From NCBI GenBank assembly GCA_965242965.1, contig OZ251518.1, positions 2,912,001 through 2,976,000 of the forward strand: a DNA stretch of 64,000 nucleotides, written 5' to 3'. The notes beneath the pieces were generated by a model that saw only the letters and a list, made by a program, of their open reading frames with translations, did no database searches and was not told the origin of the DNA. The stretch's first letter is position 1; each line of letters starts with the position of its first letter. The position numbers and the translations under genes are program-made. Below, piece after piece: positions 56,325-64,000 of the stretch. This DNA is from Candidatus Poribacteria bacterium. GTDB taxonomy: Bacteria > Poribacteria > WGA-4E > WGA-3G.

Positions 56325-57806
56325 CTAAACCTCCATTTTGACAAAGATGAGAAATGTCCCCATGAACAAGCCGACATTGATTAACAATAGCACCAGCAGT
56401 TCCGGTAGGGCGCGCTGCGCATAGACACCCACCGCGGCTTGCTGAAAGCGGAAAGGCGGCAGATCTGACCAGGTGACTGGCCCGTCATTCGTGGCAAACC
56501 ATTGTCGACTGCCGAACGCCTCTTTATCTTGAAGATAGGTGATGAAGGAACGCCGGTATCGCCGCGCCGCACGGAGATAATCCACTATTCCGTCCACATC
56601 GGTGCCGGCCCATGCCGCCGTGGCAAAGGTGTAGAGACTTGCAGGACTCAGCTTCATGAGGCGTTCATCCCACTTCGCTTGGCGCAGATAGGTTTCTGCC
56701 ACCATCTGCTGTCTCACTAAGCCTGTCTTCTCAGCGAGACGCATTTGCACCTGGCACATGAATTCATGATACTGTTGGAGATGCGGCACAAGCGGGTGAG
56801 CGGTGTTTCGCAATGTGCTGATGAGCTGGTCTGCTCCGTGTCCATCATACATCCGCCGATTTTCGCTGAAGTCAATATTAAACCACGGCGGCTTGCCTGT
56901 CAGAGGGCTGTTGGCGAGGAACCGGCGTTCCTCTCGTTCTTTCTCTTCCCGAATTTGATTTATCTGTTGATAGGCGGCGGTGCGGCGGGCACTCGTGTCG
57001 CCAATCGGTTCGATAGCAAACCGACTCCAGTTCGGATAGACTAGGACTAAAACTACCCATGCGAACATGCAAAGGATGAGCGATGTCGCAGCGCGGCGCG
57101 TCGTCGTGGAAATGAGTAACCCGAGCAGGTAGAACCCCGACAGATAAACCACTGTCGTCACCACGATGCCGCCGATACGGAGAAACTCGCCCGAACCGAG
57201 TTGCAGCGAGGGAGAAAGCGTGCACTGAATCAGCACCAGCAGCAGACTCATCAGCAGTGGCAGCAGCAGGCAGACCATGGCGGCCAGATATTTCGCAAAT
57301 AAGACGGCCCCGCGCCCGATAGGATGCGAGAGCACCAGCCGCAAGGTGCCGGCTTCCGCATCGCCGGCAATTGCATCATAAGCGAAAAGCAGCGCAAGCA
57401 GGCTCAACACGACTTGGAACAGAAACACCAGATCGATGTGCGAAAAGAGGGTTAGATACGGGTTCTTTGAGCTGAGCGGCGCGCCCGAGCTTAAAAGGGA
57501 CGGCACCTGCTCATGGAAGATGCTAATGGTGCTACCATACCGCGTGTCCAACCCCGCGCTAAAGAGACTCAGCGGGTTCGGGGGCCGGACTACTGCCAGC
57601 CTTAAAGATGAGTAGGTGGGTGCTTCGGCGATTTTCTCGCGTATCACCGCTTCGCGCTGGCTATAGTTTGCGAGCCGCTCTTCATACGCACCGAGCAACA
57701 CAAACATATTGGCAACGACGAGCAGCACGGTAATCACCACGGCAGCGAAAAACCGCGCACTCATCAAATGCACGAGCAACTCTTGACGTATCAGTGTGCG
57801 TAGCAT
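56325..57806 (-). CDS. ABC-2 type exporter permease
   Basis: MLRTLIRQE, YDAIAGDAEAGTLRL; GGAGG RBS. Confidence 0.9.
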   Translation of the reverse strand: MLRTLIRQELLVHLMSARFFAAVVITVLLVVANMFVLLGAYEERLANYSQREAVIREKIAEAPTYSSLRLAVVRPPNPLSLFSAGLDTRYGSTISIFHEQVPSLLSSGAPLSSKNPYLTLFSHIDLVFLFQVVLSLLALLFAYDAIAGDAEAGTLRLVLSHPIGRGAVLFAKYLAAMVCLLLPLLMSLLLVLIQCTLSPSLQLGSGEFLRIGGIVVTTVVYLSGFYLLGLLISTTTRRAATSLILCMFAWVVLVLVYPNWSRFAIEPIGDTSARRTAAYQQINQIREEKEREERRFLANSPLTGKPPWFNIDFSENRRMYDGHGADQLISTLRNTAHPLVPHLQQYHEFMCQVQMRLAEKTGLVRQQMVAETYLRQAKWDERLMKLSPASLYTFATAAWAGTDVDGIVDYLRAARRYRRSFITYLQDKEAFGSRQWFATNDGPVTWSDLPPFRFQQAAVGVYAQRALPELLVLLLINVGLFMGTFLIFVKMEV

Positions 57807-58271
57807 GATGGATTCCTCCGTGCCGGTAGGCGCAATTGAAAACCGATCGCGCCTATCGGGTTCGTTCTGCGTAAATCCTCATCGAATGTTCGGTTTACTT
57901 GAATAGAGTCAGTTGAACCGAAAAAGGATAGTGAAGAAAAATAGAGTTTGGACAATTTCAGGGGTAACCTCTCTGCGCGGCAGAAGTTGCCGCCTTTCTG
58001 CAACAGAAATAGCCCGCGACGCGCGCGGGAGGGAAGAGATAACGCCGATGCAGCATCGATGCTGCCGAGTTTTTGAAGGTTAACACTTGTAGGGTAAGGG
58101 GGGGGTCTTCGGGGAGTAGGAAATCCGTGATGGCGCGACGAAGGATCTTGACGCGCACGAGAGGTGCGGCATCACGCCGGATTCGTTTTTGGCAATAGCA
58201 TTGAGTCGTCGCAGATTCACGGTGTTTTCCCCTATTCAGTAAGGTGTGCGGATGTGGTTTTTCTCAACATT

Positions 58272-58821
58272 TAAACCAAATTTTATTTTAACTTAATTGC
58301 GAATTTTTGTCAAGTTTTTTTCGTGAAGTTCAGAGCGATTCAGTTTTCCTCGGTAGGAGAGACCTCTTGGTCTTGACTCGCCTCGGTAGGAGAGCCCGCT
58401 AAACCAAGTTTTATTTTATCTTAATTGTCGGATTTTTGTCAAGTTTTTTCGTGAAGTCTCGATTTCCGGTGGGAGAGCCCTCCCGGTCTCGATGCAATTC
58501 AGTGAACGTGTTTCATAACTTGCTCAACGTCGCAACTGATGAGGGATTTCTGCTGGCTTTAGGTCTGTAGGACCTGAAGAGCCGTTTTTTCAAAAGCGAT
58601 TTCGCCGCTGCGAATGAACACCGCCGTTTTTCCGTAGCGCGGGGGCCTGTCCCCCGCGATCTTCCGGTAGATCGCAGCATGGCGAGGGACAGGCCCTCGC
58701 CCTACGGTAAGCGAGGCCGTTCTGGATACCGTAGCGCGGGGCCTGTCCCCCGCGACGTTGAGCGATTTATGAAACTCCCTCATTTTATATTAATTCCTGA
58801 TTTTTGTCAAGTTTTTCCTGA
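58272..58821 (-). promoter_or_regulatory. Three homologous copies of a sigma70 promoter, separated by REP units
   Basis: TTGACA-17/18/17-TAAAAT; -35 boxes at 58308-58313, 58437-58442 and 58805-58810. Confidence 0.75.
58504..58781. mobile_element. REP cassette with degenerate inverted termini
   Basis: GAACGTGTTTCATA ... TATGAAACTCCCTC. Confidence 0.7.
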
Positions 58822-58848
58822 CAATCATCACATCTCTCCAAAAGCGCG

Positions 58849-59259
58849 TTACATTCCCAAAAGTTCCGCCTTGTATGCCTCAACAATCGCATCCAAAACG
58901 GCTTCCGGAATCTCTTCCAGTTGCGCCGCTAATTCCTCCTCAACATTTACCATGAGGCTGTGATCGAACGTTTCACGTTCCTCGCATGCGTCAAAGAATT
59001 CGCCGTGTGCTTCCAACATGCGTGCCAAGCGTGCCGGGGTCAAACCTGCTGAGATGCCGTGCAGGTCCCACGCGGTGCCTCGGTAGCCTTTCTCATAATC
59101 TGCGCCGAGGTGTTGCTGCGCGATTGCCTCGCGTTGCGCGCCGTCCGCGCCGCTGGTTTCTATCGCTTCCGCCGCGGCGATGGCGCGGGCATCTAATTCT
59201 ATCTGGAAGGCGGTGGAGGCATCTGCCGCCGCCACGGGGTAAATTTTGTAGGTGTTCAT
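58849..59259 (-). CDS. Hypothetical acidic protein
   Basis: 136-aa ORF with host-like codon use; no motif recognised. Confidence 0.6.
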   Translation of the reverse strand: MNTYKIYPVAAADASTAFQIELDARAIAAAEAIETSGADGAQREAIAQQHLGADYEKGYRGTAWDLHGISAGLTPARLARMLEAHGEFFDACEERETFDHSLMVNVEEELAAQLEEIPEAVLDAIVEAYKAELLGM

Positions 59260-59467
59260 TTTGTGTATTTCTCAATCAGCGTTCGCGGGGGCCTATCCCC
59301 CGCGCTACGGTGAGGGGAGTGTCTCGCGGTTCGTAGGGCGAGGGCCTGTCCCTCGCCGTGCAACGATCGCGGGGGACAGGCCCCCGCGCTACGGTTCTGG
59401 TGCGGGTCTGGGAGGTCTCTCCTATTGCATCGAGACCGGGAGGTCTCTCCTACCAGGTCCGCGCTTC

Positions 59468-60250
59468 TTATACTACTGCGGAGAGCCCACCGTCAATATT
59501 AATCGCGGTGCCGGTGATGAACGCCGCGCAATCTGAAACCAGAAAGGCGACTAAATTGCCGACTTCCTCTGGTTCGCCTAGCCGTCCGAGTGGATGTTCC
59601 GCGCCGCGCTCGTTCCAATACGCCGCTAGCGTTCCCGGTGAACCCGCCGCCTTCCACGCGCGTTCTCCCTGCGCGCTCTTAATAGAGGTGAGACACACGG
59701 TGTTTACCAAGATCTTGTGCGGTAAAAGTTCTTTGGAGAGTGCCTTCGTTAACGCGATGCCTGCCGCCCGACTGACAGAAGTGGGGACTGAAACTGCTCC
59801 CGGCTGTTTGCCGCCCGGATGTGTGATGTTGATGATACGGCCGCTACCGTTCGCTTTCATGTGCGGGATGACTAAGCGCGAGCAGCGCACCGCGCCCATC
59901 AACTTCAAATCCAGATCGGCGTACCATTCTGCGTCGCTAGTCGCTTCAAACGCGCCTGCTGCTGAACGTCCGGCGTTGTTGACTAGGATGTCGATCTTGC
60001 CAAAATGCGAGGCGGTTTGTCCGATAAAATGCTGTAGCGTTTCAGGCGCGGTTACGTCTGCAGGGATTGCGAGGACTTCGCTGCTGGTTTGCGCTTGGAT
60101 TGCCGCTGCGGCATCCGTTAAAACTTCCTCGCGTCTTGCACAGATGGCGATGTTCGCGCCTTCGGCGGCGAGGCGCGTCGCGATACCTTTGCCAATTCCT
60201 TCGCTGCCGCCGGTAATCACGGCGACTTTTCCGCTTAATCCGAGTTCCAT
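59468..60250 (-). CDS. Short-chain dehydrogenase/reductase (atypical active site)
   Basis: TGGSEGIG, VNNAG, TSVSRAA in place of YxxxK, TGTAINIDGG; AGGAGG RBS. Confidence 0.92.
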   Translation of the reverse strand: MELGLSGKVAVITGGSEGIGKGIATRLAAEGANIAICARREEVLTDAAAAIQAQTSSEVLAIPADVTAPETLQHFIGQTASHFGKIDILVNNAGRSAAGAFEATSDAEWYADLDLKLMGAVRCSRLVIPHMKANGSGRIINITHPGGKQPGAVSVPTSVSRAAGIALTKALSKELLPHKILVNTVCLTSIKSAQGERAWKAAGSPGTLAAYWNERGAEHPLGRLGEPEEVGNLVAFLVSDCAAFITGTAINIDGGLSAVV

Positions 60251-60320
60251 TGATGATTTCCTCCTATAAACATTTGACCCAAAGGGGTTTTATATCCAAG
60301 TGCAAACTGAAACCTAAATT

Positions 60321-60816
60321 GAGGGTGTTTTATAACTCCGTTTCGGTATTTATCCCGCCTTGGAGGGCGGGCGAATACCGGCAGGCATCGGGCCCTTCTC
60401 TGTAGTTTGTGATCGCCTGATCACAAACGGGTCAGGATCAGGCGATCCTGACCTACAGGGGTGATGTGGTCTGACACCAAAACGCTTGGCGAGGGCTTGT
60501 TCCTCGCCATGCTTGCTTGCCGCTTTCACCGTAGGGCGAGGGCCTGTCCCTCGCCATGCCTAAGGTCTGTAAGACCTTAATGTCTATAGCAGCCTTAATA
60601 AAAAAAACGCGCGGCGTGTCAAAAACTATTAAGGACTTAAAGGACCTTAGGATTCTTCGCAGGCACGCGTGCTATAGACATTAAGGTCCTACGGACCTAA
60701 GAGACGTTTTTTTAAGGGGGCTTTCTGCCGCCGCGCCCCCGGTAGGCGCGCCGTCCTATTGCATCGAGACCAGGAGGTCTCTCCTACCGGGATCCATCGA
60801 GTTATGAAACACCCTC
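60321..60816. mobile_element. Mosaic REP cassette with inverted termini
   Basis: GAGGGTGTTTTATA at 60321 and TATGAAACACCCTC at 60803-60816. Confidence 0.8.
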
Positions 60817-62440
60817 ATTTAATTACAGAGAGTTGGATATTAATCGCCTGCGGTACTGCATTAAGCACATCGCTGGCTATCAATCCGTGCATGCCCGAGG
60901 CTTCAGCGGCGATGTCACCCGCCAAGCCGTGAAGATAACTGCCAAGCACCGCCGCCCTTTCGCCTGACAACCCCTGCGCCATCAAACCTGCGATGATGCC
61001 GGTGAGGATATCTCCCATGCCAGCTGTCGCCATGCCGGGGTTACCCGTTGGATTTATCCACGTGCTGCCGTCAGCGTGCGCGGTGACGGTAGGCGCGCCT
61101 TTAAGCAGAAGCGTCACACCCCATTCCTGTGCAAATTGCTGTGCCGTGCCAATCCGGTCTGCCTCTATTTCTGGGATAGTTGTTCCTATTAGACGCGCCA
61201 TCTCGCCCGGATGCGGTGTAAGGACGATGTCAGCATTTGAGCGAGCGCGAGGGACAAGAGTGGGCGGCCGCGCTACGTTCGTTTGTGCTAGCGCGTTCAA
61301 CCCATCTGCGTCAATGACTATACCCAATCCCGATTTCGCATGGACTAAGCGATGAACCAACGCCGCGGTCCCCGGATGTTGTGATAACCCCGGCCCGATA
61401 GCCATCACCGATTTCGTTTTTTCCGCAAATTCGAGGATGGATTCGGCGGCGGACTCCGCCAAACTACCCGCCTCCGTTTCGGGCAATGGCAACGTCATCA
61501 CTTCAGACAACTTCACCTCTAAAATCGGGTTCAAACTTTTCGGAATTGCGAGCGTGACGATGCCCGCGCCGATGCGCAAGGCGGCCTCACTTGCCAAAGC
61601 CGCCGCGCCTGTCATCCCCGTTGAACCGGCGACGACGAGGACGCGGCCATAACTCCCTTTATGCGATGCCCGCGGCCGAGGTGGCAGCCAAGATGCCGCA
61701 TCCTGCGCTGTTGTCCAATTCACACCGATATTTTGCGCGTCAACAACCGATTTGGGAAAACCGATGTCCGCAACTTCTAGTTGTCCTGCGAACTCGGCAC
61801 CGGGGTGCAACAACAGCCCGCGCTTCGGCAGCCCGATTGTTACCGTTTTGTCTGCGCGGATACACGCGCCCAGCGGCTGCCCAGTATCGGCATCCAGTCC
61901 GGAAGGTAAATCAACGGCGATGACAGGCACGGAGAGGCGATTGATGTCCTCAATCACAGCCGCAATCTCCCCGACAACCGGGCGGCGGAGTCCCGTGCCG
62001 AAAATCGCATCGACAAACAGTTCACATTGCGCGTGGCAAGGGACAGGCCCTCGCGCTACGGTATGCAGCGCGGTTGTCTGTGTCCGGGAAATGGTTCCTA
62101 CCAGCTCTGTTAGGATTTCCTCCATCGGCAATCCTAAATTCCGGGCAATGTGGAGGTTCGTTGCTGCGTCGCCGGTAAAACTTTCCGCGGGAGAGACGAG
62201 GAAGATATGCACATCGCGACCGGCATGCGCCAACTGCCTCGCGATGACGAGCCCATCGCCGCCGTTATTCCCCTTGCCGACAAAGATGCCGATGCGCCGG
62301 CAGTCAGGATAGTCGCGTTGGATGGAACGGACGATGGCACTCCCGGCGGTTTCCATCAGGACGATGCCGGGAATGCCGATGCGTTCTATCGTATCGCTGT
62401 CGATCTGGCGCATTTCCGCCGCTGTGACAATCTTCATCAT
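60815..62440 (-). CDS. nnr: Bifunctional NAD(P)H-hydrate epimerase/dehydratase (NnrE-NnrD), with two in-frame REP remnants
   Basis: LMETAG, GKGNNGGDG, DAIFGTG, DLPSG, HKGSYG, IGPGL, DADGL, TPHPGE, GMGD. Confidence 0.95.
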   Translation of the reverse strand: MMKIVTAAEMRQIDSDTIERIGIPGIVLMETAGSAIVRSIQRDYPDCRRIGIFVGKGNNGGDGLVIARQLAHAGRDVHIFLVSPAESFTGDAATNLHIARNLGLPMEEILTELVGTISRTQTTALHTVARGPVPCHAQCELFVDAIFGTGLRRPVVGEIAAVIEDINRLSVPVIAVDLPSGLDADTGQPLGACIRADKTVTIGLPKRGLLLHPGAEFAGQLEVADIGFPKSVVDAQNIGVNWTTAQDAASWLPPRPRASHKGSYGRVLVVAGSTGMTGAAALASEAALRIGAGIVTLAIPKSLNPILEVKLSEVMTLPLPETEAGSLAESAAESILEFAEKTKSVMAIGPGLSQHPGTAALVHRLVHAKSGLGIVIDADGLNALAQTNVARPPTLVPRARSNADIVLTPHPGEMARLIGTTIPEIEADRIGTAQQFAQEWGVTLLLKGAPTVTAHADGSTWINPTGNPGMATAGMGDILTGIIAGLMAQGLSGERAAVLGSYLHGLAGDIAAEASGMHGLIASDVLNAVPQAINIQLSVIK

Positions 62441-62639
62441 AATAACCGTTTCCCGAGCAGGATTTCCACGATATAACCGTAGCGCGGGGGCCTGTCCCCC
62501 GCGATCGTTCGCTTCTCCGTAGCGCGGGGGCCTGTCCCCCGCGATCGTTTCCTTTTCCGAGCAGGATTTCCACGATTTCCAAGTTCTGTAGTTTGTGATC
62601 GCCTGATCACAAAGCCTGTCCCCCGCTAACGCGGTGACA

Positions 62640-63053
62640 TCAGACCGCTGCCGTTTCCGTTGTCAACTTATCGGCAAATTCCAGCAGTTGCGCTTCCATC
62701 GCGCGCGATGCCTGTTCAAGGCGTTCCGCGTCAACTTGGACTGCCTGCACCCGTTCGTCTTGATGCGTCTGGAGACAGAAGCCGAGGTTATTGCGAAGAT
62801 CGAACAGGCTCTGCTGGATGTGTTCGTGGAACGAACCTTCAGGATACATCCACCGTCTGCCGCGCGTCTGCCGCAGATTGAAGTGGCAGTGTCCGTTATC
62901 GCCGCCGAAGCAGTCGAAGCGCATAATTTCGTCGTCATGCACATATAGCGATGCCGCGGGCCCGCGGCCGCCAGCATCGTCTCGCCAATATGCTTCAAGC
63001 CGCACGTTAGCCTGGATGGGGTATTCAACCAGGTCATGTTTGACGTTCGCCAT
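62640..63053 (-). CDS. Hypothetical protein
   Basis: AAGGAGG RBS; consensus promoter upstream; RFDCFG...GHCH motif. Confidence 0.75.
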   Translation of the reverse strand: MANVKHDLVEYPIQANVRLEAYWRDDAGGRGPAASLYVHDDEIMRFDCFGGDNGHCHFNLRQTRGRRWMYPEGSFHEHIQQSLFDLRNNLGFCLQTHQDERVQAVQVDAERLEQASRAMEAQLLEFADKLTTETAAV

Positions 63054-63124
63054 TTTGTTGTTCCTCCTTTAGTTCTGGGTTCAGGTAAAAAATTGCCTTG
63101 ACATTTTAACTCAATTTGCGGTAA

Positions 63125-63153
63125 ATTATATCAGAATTAGAAATTGGTGTCAA
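63125..63153 (-). promoter_or_regulatory. Consensus sigma70 promoter, overlapping a divergent + strand promoter (TTGACA at 63098 ... TAAATT at 63122)
   Basis: Minus strand TTGACA-17 bp-TATAAT with a TGn extension. Confidence 0.8.
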
Positions 63154-63209
63154 TAGCGAAAAAATATCTTTCAGGGAGGGCTTTATGCCCACATTCTATA
63201 AAGGCGCGG

Positions 63210-63640
63210 GCATGGCGAGGGACAGGCCCTCGCCCTACGGTGTTTGGAGGTGCTCTTCCTTACCGGTGCATGGCGGGGGACAGGCCCCGCCCTACGGTGC
63301 GTGGGAGCCGCTCCTCCTTATCGTAGTGCGAGGGCCTGTCCCTCGCGATCTCGCGATCAAACGAACACGGCGGGGGACAGGCCGGTGCTTGGAGGTGCTC
63401 TTCCTTACCGGTGCATGGCGGGGGACAGGCCCCGCCCTACGGTGCGTGGGAGCCGCTCGTCCTTATCGTAGTGCGAGGGCCTGTCCCTCGCGATCCTCCG
63501 ATCAAACGAACTCGGCGAGGGACAGGCCCCCGCCCTACGGTGTTTGGAGTTGCTCGTCCTTATCGTAGTGCGAGGGCCTGTCCCTCGCGATCGTCCGATC
63601 AAACAAACCCGGCGAGGGACAGGCCCTCGCCCTACGGTAG
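63210..63640. repeat. BIME-like tandem REP array
   Basis: Repeating GGCG(A/G)GGGACAGGCCC..GCCCTACGG and GTAGTGCGAGGGCCTGTCCCTCGCG with duplicated linkers. Confidence 0.88.
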
Positions 63641-63648
63641 AATTAACG

Positions 63649-64000
63649 ATGAGCCGATTTGAAATGCGTTTCGTTGATCTGAAAGAGGTTAACGAGAGGA
63701 ATTCCATAGCGTTCCTTCGGATGGAATTTCTTGACATCCGGAGATACGGACCGACTTTTGGCGGGCGCGTCCGGTATGCCCGTGATGGCGTTGAGCAAAA
63801 AAGCGGGTTCCCCATGGATCTGGGCAAAGGCATCTTCATCGCGACGCTTGAAGATGATGAACTCGACGGCATCTCTCGGAACGAATTAGAGGAAAGTTTG
63901 CGGGAAGCGGCAGCAGAGATTATAGAGATTATCCGGCGAAACAACACGCCGAGTGCGCTGCATCGATTCCTCGCATTTGATGACGATTTTGAATACGATG
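63649..64000 (+). CDS. Hypothetical protein, runs off the window end (MSRFEMRFVDLKEV...)
   Basis: Frame open from ATG 63649 to the end; not in the ORF track because it has no stop. Confidence 0.6.
   Translation, partial: MSRFEMRFVDLKEVNERNSIAFLRMEFLDIRRYGPTFGGRVRYARDGVEQKSGFPMDLGKGIFIATLEDDELDGISRNELEESLREAAAEIIEIIRRNNTPSALHRFLAFDDDFEYD

Noticed and set aside
59358-60269. 303-aa + strand ORF and other long antisense ORFs (e.g. 15475-16221, 6751-7590)
   Set aside because: They are shadows of well-supported genes on the opposite strand in GC-rich DNA.
63210-63640. CRISPR array (also considered for 39068-39146 and 52390-52790)
   Set aside because: Repeats alternate in orientation, linkers are themselves duplicated rather than unique, the same units are scattered across the window, and no cas genes are present.

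Overview
Bacterial chromosomal window, about 55-60% GC by eye. It is probably from Candidatus Poribacteria (a sponge symbiont). This is an inference from the LamG protein ending in a ...LATTWGKLK motif, an internalin-like LRR protein, a Uma2 nuclease, expanded ABC-2 permeases and a giant T9SS-CTD protein next to a PorV/PorQ-like barrel. Gene content in order: end of a DNA methyltransferase; a hemE / MBL-TPR / hemH / hemY / pentaheme cytochrome operon; a ~2590-aa secreted Ig-repeat protein with a PorV-like barrel and a LysM coiled-coil protein; a degenerate AccA-like gene and a CDP-alcohol phosphatidyltransferase; a peptidoglycan-recycling operon (serine hydrolase, namZ, anmK); cupin and pgi; an NtrY/NtrX-like pair; a pseudopilin and pilD; several catabolic enzymes; a Rieske / cytochrome b pair; a large exporter cluster (TolC, NEW3-domain protein, ATPase, four permeases); an SDR and nnr. 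No rRNA, tRNA, CRISPR array or transposase was recognised. The most striking signal is a non-coding repeat system. Several unrelated GTAG-headed REP palindromes are assembled into mosaic cassettes bounded by a 14-bp inverted terminus (GAGGGTGTTTCATA...TATGAAACACCCTC). Their insertion is repeatedly associated with 8-58 bp duplications of flanking host DNA, including an RBS, a start/stop junction and a whole promoter. They also sit in-frame inside at least five enzyme genes (hemE, hemY, anmK, cytochrome b, nnr). Other highlights are a cytochrome b fused to a Cys-free b562-like domain, a ferrochelatase with an N-terminal 4-Cys motif, and candidate structured RNAs. All calls were made by eye, with no database searches.
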